Shown here piece by piece: positions 9,981-18,298 of a DNA stretch of 54,565 nt; positions within the stretch are counted from its first letter, which is position 1, and every line of letters begins with the position of its first letter. Source of the stretch: an uncultured Actinomycetes bacterium (GTDB taxonomy: Bacteria > Actinomycetota > Actinomycetes > S36-B12); contig CALFHU010000161.1 in NCBI GenBank assembly GCA_937875815.1, positions 1 through 54,565 on the forward strand, read 5' to 3'. The translations under genes were made by a program, and so were the position numbers. A model generated the notes under the pieces. It saw nothing but the letters and a program-made list of their open reading frames with translations. It had not been told where the DNA came from and ran no database searches.

Positions 9981-10079
9981 ATGGGCTCAGTAATTAAAAA
10001 ACGTCGCAAGCGGATGGCTAAGAAGAAGCACCGCAAACTGTTGCGTCGCACGCGAGTCCAGCGCAGAAACAAGAAGTAG
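9981..10079 (+). CDS. 30S ribosomal protein bS22 (AURKAIP1/COX24 family, 32 aa)
   Basis: Manual translation [32 protein letters not shown]; below the ORF-track size cutoff; conserved position after the HTH gene. Confidence 0.95.
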   Translation: MGSVIKKRRKRMAKKKHRKLLRRTRVQRRNKK

Positions 10080-10108
10080 TACACAAGGTCCCGCACCCCG
10101 GTACGCTC

Positions 10109-10867
10109 ATGTACAACGATCCGGATTTTGCGGCCAAGGGCCCTAGCTTCTTGGCTCGTAGGTTCGTTGACGGCCTTCTAGAGCCCATTTATCGGGACTG
10201 GTTTCGCGCCCAAGTCTTGGGTTCGGAAAATATCCCGGCATCCGGGCCGGCTCTGTTTGTCGGCAACCACGCGGGAGCTTTCGCGATCGATGCCCTCATG
10301 GTCGTGCATGCTCTTGAAAAAAACTCATCCCGTGCACTGCACCTTTTGGGGGCTGACTTCCTTTTCCAAGAGCCCACGCGGGAATTGATGGCGCATTTGA
10401 ATGTGCATCCCGCTCATTTCGACACTGCCAGCGAGTTGCTTCAGGCCGGCCACCTGGTCGGCGTGTGGCCCGAAGGGGTGAACGGGGTCGGTAAGACAAT
10501 TGAGCACCGTTACCAATTGCAGGAATTCGGTCGCGCCGGTTTCGCTCGCCTGGCTGCGGTTAATCAAGTCCCCATAATCCCCACCGTGGTCATTGGATCT
10601 GAAGAGGCGTATCCGCTCGTCGCGCGCGTCGAAGGGTTACTTGATTGGGCTGACATTCCCTATCTTCCGGTGACCCCTACTTTCCCGATGCTCGGTCCGC
10701 TGGGTCTGATTCCATTTCCCAGTAAGTGGACCATTTCATTTGGCACCCCAATTGCACCACCGGAGTCAGATAGCCCATCGGATGCATTCGCCTGCTCGGA
10801 TTATGTGAGAGGGGTACTCACCCAAACTATTCGGGAATTACTAGCCACGCGTTCAAGTATTTTTTAA
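10109..10867 (+). CDS. Lysophospholipid acyltransferase family protein (Rv0502-like)
   Basis: GNHAGAFAID, VWPEG..G.GK, GFARLA, PIIP, PFPSKW. Confidence 0.88.
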   Translation: MYNDPDFAAKGPSFLARRFVDGLLEPIYRDWFRAQVLGSENIPASGPALFVGNHAGAFAIDALMVVHALEKNSSRALHLLGADFLFQEPTRELMAHLNVHPAHFDTASELLQAGHLVGVWPEGVNGVGKTIEHRYQLQEFGRAGFARLAAVNQVPIIPTVVIGSEEAYPLVARVEGLLDWADIPYLPVTPTFPMLGPLGLIPFPSKWTISFGTPIAPPESDSPSDAFACSDYVRGVLTQTIRELLATRSSIF

Positions 10868-11746
10868 ACCGCGGGCGATTCGGCCCAGTGCGTAACCGGC
10901 GGTGAGGCCGAATGCGATTCCGCCGGCAGTAGTGGCAACGGGCACTGCGTTTTCGCGCAATTGCGCGCGTTTGCGAAAGTCGCTGACCTCCCAATCCATT
11001 TTCTTGGCGTAGGCACGCAGATCTGGATCCGGGTTTACGGCGGTGGCAGATCCAACGATTGATAGCATTGGAATGTCATTTGCCGAATCGGAGTAGGCAT
11101 AACAGGTGCTGAGGTCGTAATGCTCACTACTGGCGAGAGCCCGCACGGCCTCGGCTTTGGCTAAACCGTGTAGTGGGTATCCATCTAGCTTTCCCGTGTA
11201 GACGCCATTCTCGGTTTTGGAGACCGTTCCTAGTGCACCTGTTAATCCAAGACGTCGGGCGATCAAGTCGGCAAGCTCAACCGGGGTTGCAGTGACCAGC
11301 CAGACATCTTCACCGGCATCAATATGTTGCTGAGCCAATGCCAACGTGCCCGGAATCAATTTGTCAACCATTCGTTGATCGAAAACTATCTCGCCTAAAC
11401 GGGTCAGTTCTTCCACACTGCGACCTTGAACAAATGTGAGGGCGGCTTCCGTGGCTGACGCCACATCTTCTAAGTCCTCGCACCCCGAAAGTACAAATTT
11501 CATTTGCTTGACGCCGAATCCAAAAATGTCACGGCCAGAGAAATATTTGAGTTTCGCAAGACCAGCCGCGAAGTGGAATAGGGACGCTCCCCGCATTATC
11601 GTGTTATCAACGTCAAAGAACGCGGCGGAGGAGCCGCCGCCTCGTTCGGCGCTGCGCGAATGGTGAGCCGCGGCTGCCGAGGCCAGGCCAGACTGGCGGA
11701 AGGTCTCTAAGACATTCCCATTCTTGGCGGGTTTTTCGGGCGACAC
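10853..11746 (-). CDS. HAD-IB family hydrolase (SerB1-like)
   Basis: AAFFDVDNT, LVTAT, YAYSDSAND, VNPD motifs. Confidence 0.9.
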   Translation of the reverse strand: MSPEKPAKNGNVLETFRQSGLASAAAAHHSRSAERGGGSSAAFFDVDNTIMRGASLFHFAAGLAKLKYFSGRDIFGFGVKQMKFVLSGCEDLEDVASATEAALTFVQGRSVEELTRLGEIVFDQRMVDKLIPGTLALAQQHIDAGEDVWLVTATPVELADLIARRLGLTGALGTVSKTENGVYTGKLDGYPLHGLAKAEAVRALASSEHYDLSTCYAYSDSANDIPMLSIVGSATAVNPDPDLRAYAKKMDWEVSDFRKRAQLRENAVPVATTAGGIAFGLTAGYALGRIARGLKNT

Positions 11747-11802
11747 AGAGAAAGAGTACTCACCGTGCGTCCCCAGATCCGGTGATGTGGCAAACTCGGT
11801 GT

Positions 11803-13407
11803 GTGAACGCGGTAAATTTAGGTAGCGGAACTGTGGCGGTCAATCGCGTGGTGACGGTTGCTGATTTTTTGCGAAACTCGGCACTCAATGATCCAGAACG
11901 AATTGCGTTAATTGAAGTGGAATCCGGTGAGCGCGTTTCCTACTCTGCTTTGGATTCTCGAGTGAGCGCGACAGCAGCTGCGCTACTACACGGGGGGCTA
12001 GACCCTTCGCGCAGCGGTGATCGCGTTGCCATGCTGATGGAGAACTCAATTGAGTTCGTAGTTTCCTATTTCGGAATTGTTCGCGCCGGACTGGTTCCCA
12101 TCCCGTTGAATCCTGAATATACGTCTTCGGAAATCACGGAAATCCTTGAGATATCCAAAGCCAAGGTCCTTTTGGTGTCAGCTAAATTTGCAGAACTGGG
12201 TGCGGGCTCGGTCCCGGATTCTTGTCCAGCAATGCTGTGCGAAGAGATAACTTCGGCTCGCGAGTCAATTCGGAAATTGGTCAAAGATTCGATTCGGAAC
12301 TTGACTCGCAAATCTGACTTGCAAATTGTCTTCCCACAAATTGCACCCGACGATCTCGGCCTACTTCTGTTCACTTCGGGTTTTGGCGGAAGCCAAAAAG
12401 GGGCCATGCTCACCAACGCCAATTTGGTGAGCAACGTTTCTGCATTGCTTGAGTTACGTAACCCACCAATCGTGAGTGCTGAAGACACGGTGCTCGCAGT
12501 CTTGCCGCTATTTCACGTGTATGGGTTGAATACGGTTCTAACAGTGGCAATTGCGGCGGGTGCGTCGGTGGTCATTCTTGACCGCTTTGATGCCGCTGAG
12601 TCCCTTGACGTAATTTCTCGCGAACATGTAACAACGGTCGCTGGCGCTCCGGCAATGTACCTGATGTGGTCGCGAGTTCCCTTCGTTGCGACTGCAATGC
12701 GCCCGGTCCGATTGCTCTCCAGCGGAGGGGCTCCATTGCCAGTGGAAGTTTTCAATCGTTTTGAGGAGCTCACAGGCATGCGTATTTTTGAGGGTTATGG
12801 CATGACGGAAGCATCCCCGGTCATTGCGTCAACGGTCGTTGATTCTCGAGCTCGCCCAGGTTGCGTGGGTTTACCAATTTCTGGAACAGCTATTCGAATT
12901 GTGGCGGACTCGGGAGAAGATTCTGAAATTGGTGATCCGGGGGAGATCTGGGTGAAGGGTCCAGGAGTTTTCCTGGGTTACTGGCCTGACCGCGATGGCG
13001 GACCCGACTCTCAAGGGTGGTTTGGCACGGGAGACATTGGTTACCAAGATGAAACTGGTGCGTTGCATTTGGTTGATCGTCGACGTGAGTTGATAGTTGT
13101 CAACGGCTTCAATGTTTTCCCGCGCGAGGTTGAAGTGGCCCTTGAAGCGCTCGACGATATTGCAGAGGCCGCGGTTCTGGGTCGACCTGACGCCGAAACA
13201 GGCGAAGGGGTGAGCGCGCTCGTCGTGTTGGCGCCGGGATCTGGGGCCACAGTCGAATTGATCTCCGAAGCTGTTGCCAAATCCCTTGCACGATTTAAAT
13301 GCCCAACCCAGATTCGCATCGTTGGAAACTTACCGCGCTCGGCAAGCGGGAAAATTGCCAAAGGTCGTTTGCGTGAGGTGTACGGCGAAATGATTGAGCA
13401 AGTGTGA
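11803..13407 (+). CDS. AMP-forming long-chain acyl-CoA ligase
   Basis: FTSG..KG, EGYGMTE, TGDIG, GFNVFPREVE, LPRSASGKI. Start GTG 11803 inferred from the CAAACT -10 box. Confidence 0.88.
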   Translation: MNAVNLGSGTVAVNRVVTVADFLRNSALNDPERIALIEVESGERVSYSALDSRVSATAAALLHGGLDPSRSGDRVAMLMENSIEFVVSYFGIVRAGLVPIPLNPEYTSSEITEILEISKAKVLLVSAKFAELGAGSVPDSCPAMLCEEITSARESIRKLVKDSIRNLTRKSDLQIVFPQIAPDDLGLLLFTSGFGGSQKGAMLTNANLVSNVSALLELRNPPIVSAEDTVLAVLPLFHVYGLNTVLTVAIAAGASVVILDRFDAAESLDVISREHVTTVAGAPAMYLMWSRVPFVATAMRPVRLLSSGGAPLPVEVFNRFEELTGMRIFEGYGMTEASPVIASTVVDSRARPGCVGLPISGTAIRIVADSGEDSEIGDPGEIWVKGPGVFLGYWPDRDGGPDSQGWFGTGDIGYQDETGALHLVDRRRELIVVNGFNVFPREVEVALEALDDIAEAAVLGRPDAETGEGVSALVVLAPGSGATVELISEAVAKSLARFKCPTQIRIVGNLPRSASGKIAKGRLREVYGEMIEQV

Positions 13408-13652
13408 CCCGACCGCCGCGCGTTACGGTGGTCGGTAAACCCGATTGTCACTTGTGTGAGCAGGCAATCGAAGTGGTATCCCAAGTGTGTGAACAACTGG
13501 GTCAAGAATTTCGGGTCGAGTCCATTACCGAGGATCCAAATTTGGCCGATCTGTATTGGGAAAAAATCCCGGTCATCTTGGTCGATGGGGAGCCTTTTGA
13601 CTTCTGGCGGGTGAATCGAGATCGCTTGGTTGCCAAACTTTCGCGTCAATAG
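13404..13652 (+). CDS. Glutaredoxin-like protein (DUF836, Rv0508-like)
   Basis: KPDCHLCE CxxC, IPVILVDG, FWRV. Confidence 0.9.
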   Translation: MTRPPRVTVVGKPDCHLCEQAIEVVSQVCEQLGQEFRVESITEDPNLADLYWEKIPVILVDGEPFDFWRVNRDRLVAKLSRQ

Positions 13653-13684
13653 TTCGATAATCGGACATTGGCGTCCGGTAATAT

Positions 13685-13714
13685 TTGATATCTGGCCGCT
13701 CAATTGAATATAGT
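13685..13714 (+). promoter_or_regulatory. Putative sigma-A promoter for rex-hemD-ccd operon
   Basis: TTGATA (13685-13690) - 18 bp - TATAGT (13709-13714), about 130 bp upstream of the rex start. Confidence 0.55.
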
Positions 13715-13844
13715 TTCGGCCGTTACCGCGTAATGCACAGCGAAGCCGATCATTAACTGCGCGCCAAGGGGTAACCCCGCTTCACAAGGCCGCAATCACA
13801 ATCGAACACGCATCCCGCGTGCCCTTTAACCCGAGGTAAAAACA

Positions 13845-14543
13845 GTGACTCTTCCCAGCCGTAAACCCGGTGGCATCCCGGCGGCAACCATTGCCCGGCT
13901 GCCCGTTTACCACCGCGTATTGTCAACTTTTGGATCCCAAGAGGTTGTTACAATTGCTAGCGAAGAGCTCGCTGCTGCCTGCGGGGTGAGTCCAGCAAAG
14001 CTGCGTAAAGACCTCTCGCACCTCGGATCATTTGGAACGCGTGGAGTCGGCTACAACGTTTCCTACCTCACCTTTCAGATCGCGCGCGAACTGGGCGTGA
14101 CCAAGTCGCGTGGAATTGTGATTGTCGGAATGGGAAATCTGGGTCGAGCGCTGGCTTCCTACCGCGCATTTGGCGCCCGAGGTTTTCATATTGTCGGGAT
14201 ATTTGACCGAGATCATGAGCTGGTAGGAAATACGCTGCTGTGCGGCCAAGAATCATTCACAGTCATGCCCGTAAGCGACTTAGGGGCAGTTGTCTCGAAA
14301 AATGATGCAAATATCGGAGTAATCACCACCCCTGCGGAGTCGGCACAGGAAATCGCTGACCTCATGATCGAAGCGGGACTCGTGAGCATTCTCAACTTTG
14401 CACCGGTATTCCTTAAAGTGCCCGAAGAGGTCGAAGTGCGAAAAGTGGATCTAGCCGTCGAATTACAAATTCTCGCATTCCACGATCAAAAGTTGGACTC
14501 TGAACCGAGCCCGCACGATCTTAGCCAGGTGGACATCGCGTGA
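13845..14543 (+). CDS. rex: Redox-sensing transcriptional repressor Rex
   Basis: IPAATIARLPVY, LRKDLS.LG.FGTRGVGY, GMGNLG, ILNFAP, VDL..EL. Confidence 0.97.
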   Translation: MTLPSRKPGGIPAATIARLPVYHRVLSTFGSQEVVTIASEELAAACGVSPAKLRKDLSHLGSFGTRGVGYNVSYLTFQIARELGVTKSRGIVIVGMGNLGRALASYRAFGARGFHIVGIFDRDHELVGNTLLCGQESFTVMPVSDLGAVVSKNDANIGVITTPAESAQEIADLMIEAGLVSILNFAPVFLKVPEEVEVRKVDLAVELQILAFHDQKLDSEPSPHDLSQVDIA

Positions 14544-16315
14544 GTACACGTGCGAAAACACCAACACCAACACCAATCCCCCCCAAGCCCAGTTCACCGC
14601 CAACAAAAGAGGCAGCCCAAGTGACAACACCGAAAAAGCCCGCAGTGAAGAAAACAACTGCTGGAGCGAATACCGCAGCGAAATCTTCAGCTCTGGAAGG
14701 CGTGGAGGTTGTGCCGACCCCACCGCGCAAAAAGGCCACGCTGGGTTCAATCGTTTTCATTGCGGCGGGACCGGGTGACCCAGAGTTGTTAACCATGCGA
14801 GCCGTTCGCCTACTTGAAAAGGCAGACAAGGTTGTCACTGACGTACATGCGCGCCATATCGCTGCGACTTATGTCAATGAAGACAAGGTAGTCGTTGCAG
14901 TTGGCGAAGATGAAATGGAACTTGAGCCAGCGGAAGCGGCCAAGTTGGTGCTAGAACTCGCGCGTGAATCGCAATTAGTTGTGCGGTTGGTTCTCGGAGA
15001 CCCGATCGTTTCGGGCGCACTCATCCCCGAGATTTCGGTTCTTCGCCGTTCACATGCCCACTTTGAACTTGTCCCTGGAGTCAGCGAAGTAACCGGCATA
15101 CCGGCATTCGCAGGCTTTAACCTGACGGGCGGAAAGTCCCATGAAGTACGAATTCTTGATGCACAGGACCCCGGGATTGAATGGGAAAATTTGATCAGTC
15201 CCCGTGAGACCCTCGTCTTCCTTAAAGGTAGCGATTTAGCGACCACAATCGCGGACAAATTGATTAAAGCCGGACGCGATCTCGCAACGCCGATCGCGAT
15301 CACTCGCAACGGCACGACTGTTGATCAACGCACAACAGTATCCACCCTCGGCGAAGTGGGTGCCCTACTGAAAAACTCAAAGGATTCCGGGCCCGGGTTT
15401 GTGGTTGTTGGTGAAGTAATTGATCAACGGGAGAAGTACAACTGGTTTGAAAAGAAAGAACTAGTTGGCTGGCGGGTTCTCATTCCACGCACCCAAGACA
15501 ACACTGCTGAAATGATGCAGGTTCTCAAATCCCATGGCGCAGTTCCCAGTGAAGTAGCAACAATTTCGGTTGAGCCTCCACGGACCCCGCAGCAGATGGA
15601 TCGTGCGGTCAACGGATTGGTTTCTGGCCGTTACGCATGGGTTGGCTTCACCTCCCTTAATGCGGTACGCGCGATTCGAGAAAAACTCGAGGAATATGGA
15701 TTGGACGCCCGCTCATTCTCTGGGCTGAAGGTTGCAGCCGTCGGAGCGTCAACCATCGCGGCCCTCATTGATTTTGGCGTGAAGCCCGATTTGGTTCCAC
15801 CGGGTGATCAAAACACCACGGCATTGATGGAGGAATGGCCACCTTACGACAGTCTCTTGGATCCGATCAATCGAATTTTCCTTCCCCGAGCTGATATTTC
15901 AACCGACACGTTGGTTGCAGGCTTAATTGAACTGGGCTGGGAAGTTGAAGACATCACGGCATTTCGAACCGTTCGCGCAGCACCACCTCCCGCTCACACC
16001 CGCGAAGCTATCAAGACCGGTGGATTTGACGCGGTGCTGTTCACGTCGAGCAGCACAGTTCGAAATCTGGTGGGAATTGCCGGGAAGCCACATGCGACAA
16101 CCGTTGTTGCCTGCATTGGCCCACAGACCGCGAAGACGGCGGCAGAACATGGCCTTCGGGTCGATGTCCTTGCTGAAGTCAACACGCCACTTGCCTTAGT
16201 CGATGCACTCTCCGTTCATGCCGAAAGCTTGCGAGACGCTGCACTTGAAAGTGGTGAAGTTTCCTGGCGGCCAAGTCGTCGGAGGCCGGTCGCGCGGCGC
16301 AAGAGCACGAAGTAG
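14540..16315 (+). CDS. hemD: Fused uroporphyrinogen-III C-methyltransferase-like domain / uroporphyrinogen-III synthase
   Basis: GPGDPELLT N-domain; C-domain VLIPRT, EPPRTPQQMDRA, FTS.NAV, LFTSSSTVRNLVGIAGKPH, CIGPQTA. Confidence 0.92.
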   Translation: MSTRAKTPTPTPIPPKPSSPPTKEAAQVTTPKKPAVKKTTAGANTAAKSSALEGVEVVPTPPRKKATLGSIVFIAAGPGDPELLTMRAVRLLEKADKVVTDVHARHIAATYVNEDKVVVAVGEDEMELEPAEAAKLVLELARESQLVVRLVLGDPIVSGALIPEISVLRRSHAHFELVPGVSEVTGIPAFAGFNLTGGKSHEVRILDAQDPGIEWENLISPRETLVFLKGSDLATTIADKLIKAGRDLATPIAITRNGTTVDQRTTVSTLGEVGALLKNSKDSGPGFVVVGEVIDQREKYNWFEKKELVGWRVLIPRTQDNTAEMMQVLKSHGAVPSEVATISVEPPRTPQQMDRAVNGLVSGRYAWVGFTSLNAVRAIREKLEEYGLDARSFSGLKVAAVGASTIAALIDFGVKPDLVPPGDQNTTALMEEWPPYDSLLDPINRIFLPRADISTDTLVAGLIELGWEVEDITAFRTVRAAPPPAHTREAIKTGGFDAVLFTSSSTVRNLVGIAGKPHATTVVACIGPQTAKTAAEHGLRVDVLAEVNTPLALVDALSVHAESLRDAALESGEVSWRPSRRRPVARRKSTK

Positions 16316-16320
16316 GTCCC

Positions 16321-16971
16321 ATGTCTGCTGTATCGGGTCACACGACGGTTCACTTGCTGCGCCATGGTGAGGTATACAACCCGCAGGGGGTCCTCTACGG
16401 CCGGCTTCCGGGCTACTTCCTCAGCGATCTTGGCCTGGAGATGGCTGATCGTGCCGCCAGCGCACTGGCCAATCGCGATATAGCTGCGGTTATTTCCTCG
16501 CCGATGGAACGCGCCCAACAAACTGCGGCGCCAATTGCAAAAACTCATAGGGTCGAGATCGTCACGAATTCAGACTTGATCGAAGCCGAAAATATTTTCG
16601 AGGGCAAGCGGGTAAGCGTTGGCGACGGGGTTCTTAAGCAGCCCAAGACCTGGCGCCACCTGTGGAACCCCTTCAAGCCCTCATGGGGCGAGCCCTACGA
16701 CACCGTTGCTACCCGGATGAGCGCAGCAATCGAGTCGGCGCGTGCGCAGGCCCAGGGCCGCGAGGCGGTTCTCGTGAGCCATCAGCTACCAATTTGGATT
16801 GCTCGGCTGGCTGCGGAGAACCGTAGGCTGTGGCATGACCCACGTTCGCGCCAATGCACCCTGGCATCTGTGACTTCTTTGACTTTTGATGACGAGGGCT
16901 TGGTTGCGATTACGTATTCAGAACCATCGAGAGATCTACTTGAGATGGCCAGCAAGATCGCTGGCGCTTAG
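16321..16971 (+). CDS. Histidine phosphatase family protein (Rv0525-like)
   Basis: LLRHGEVYNP, SSPMERA.QTA, PSWGE, VSHQLPIW. Confidence 0.92.
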   Translation: MSAVSGHTTVHLLRHGEVYNPQGVLYGRLPGYFLSDLGLEMADRAASALANRDIAAVISSPMERAQQTAAPIAKTHRVEIVTNSDLIEAENIFEGKRVSVGDGVLKQPKTWRHLWNPFKPSWGEPYDTVATRMSAAIESARAQAQGREAVLVSHQLPIWIARLAAENRRLWHDPRSRQCTLASVTSLTFDDEGLVAITYSEPSRDLLEMASKIAGA

Positions 16972-16980
16972 CATTTACGT

Positions 16981-17562
16981 ATGCACGCGCTTACTCGGGC
17001 AACCTGGGCAATATTTGTCGTAATCGCACTGACGCTTACCAGCTGTTCGACTGACCCAGGAACAGATGCAGGTTTTGTTTCTGGTGATGGTTCCATCACA
17101 GTCCTGCCGCCCGAGCAGCGTCAAGTTGCACCAAATGCTTCCGGTGTCGATCTGCTGGGAGATCCCTTAGAGCTAGCTGATTTCGCCGGCCAGATAGTGG
17201 TACTCAATGTGTGGGCTTCCTGGTGTGCCCCATGTCGAGCTGAGGCGGGTGCGTTGGAAGAAGTCGCAAGACAATTTGAGAATCAAGGTGTGCAATTCAT
17301 TGGATTAAACACGCGAGACTCAAATGCTGCAGCGCGGGCCTTCATCAGAAAATTCGATGTTACCTACCCGTCATTGGTTGACACGGACGGACGAATTCAG
17401 TTGCTATTCAACGATTCGCTTCCCCCACAAGCGATTCCGTCAACGATCGTGATCGACCAAAAAGGCAGGGTTGCCGCTCGTGCACTGGGAGTGGTGACAG
17501 CGGCAACGCTGCGATCCATGATCGAGCCGTTGCGTGAAGAATCCGGAACGCCAAATGGATAA
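16981..17562 (+). CDS. resA: ResA/TlpA thioredoxin-like lipoprotein
   Basis: Lipobox LTSC; NVWASWCAPCRAE; IPST. Confidence 0.9.
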   Translation: MHALTRATWAIFVVIALTLTSCSTDPGTDAGFVSGDGSITVLPPEQRQVAPNASGVDLLGDPLELADFAGQIVVLNVWASWCAPCRAEAGALEEVARQFENQGVQFIGLNTRDSNAAARAFIRKFDVTYPSLVDTDGRIQLLFNDSLPPQAIPSTIVIDQKGRVAARALGVVTAATLRSMIEPLREESGTPNG

Positions 17563-18298
17563 CATTGCCCCGATCGTTAATAGCGGCTCATTAATCTTTG
17601 CTGTACCCATTGCATTTGCTGCAGGGATTCTGGCATTCCTTAGCCCGTGTGTACTTCCCCTTGCTCCCGGGTACATCAGCTATATCACCGGGTTGACCGG
17701 CGCCGAACTCACCCAGGGACGAAAAGGGCGCGTGCTGCTGGGAAGCAGTCTTTTTGTACTCGGTTTTAGTGTGGTTTTTGTGTCCTATGGCGCCCTATTT
17801 GGTGGTTTCGGTTCACTCCTGCTGGAGTACTCGGATTGGATCAATCGGATTCTCGGTGTCCTCGTGGTTATTATGGGCCTCGCCTTTATGGGCCTGATCC
17901 CCGGCTTACAACGTGAATATCGCTTTCACCATATTCCCAGGTGGGGTGTTGCCGGTGCCCCGATTCTTGGCATTGCATTTGGAATTGGTTGGACACCATG
18001 TATCGGCCCCACCCTTGCAGCCGTGCAAAGCCTGGCATTTACCGAGGCAAGTGCGGCCCGAGGTGCGTTTCTTTCGCTGATCTATTCGCTCGGATTGGGT
18101 CTGCCATTTATTCTGCTGGGTTTATTCTTCTCCAGAACTGCGCGAGCATTGAACTTTTTGCGAACACATAACCTGGCCATTATGCGAATCGGTGGCGTCA
18201 TGCTGGTGCTTGTGGGATTGCTCCTGATCACGGGAGCGTGGACCGAATTCACCATTTGGCTTCGCGTGACGTTACCAGGGTTTGAGACGGTGATTTAG
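17555..18298 (+). CDS. ccdA: Cytochrome c biogenesis protein CcdA
   Basis: FLSPCVLPL.PGY and GWTPCIGP motifs; ATG 17555. Confidence 0.95.
   Translation: MDNIAPIVNSGSLIFAVPIAFAAGILAFLSPCVLPLAPGYISYITGLTGAELTQGRKGRVLLGSSLFVLGFSVVFVSYGALFGGFGSLLLEYSDWINRILGVLVVIMGLAFMGLIPGLQREYRFHHIPRWGVAGAPILGIAFGIGWTPCIGPTLAAVQSLAFTEASAARGAFLSLIYSLGLGLPFILLGLFFSRTARALNFLRTHNLAIMRIGGVMLVLVGLLLITGAWTEFTIWLRVTLPGFETVI

Noticed and set aside
13041-13703. 220-aa antisense ORF, and similar ones such as 24826-25416 and 38855-39397
   Set aside because: They lie opposite well-supported genes and contain no recognisable domains.
14558-14575. (ACACCA)3 tandem repeat in hemD
   Set aside because: In-frame Thr-Pro low-complexity coding repeat; cannot cause phase variation by frameshift.
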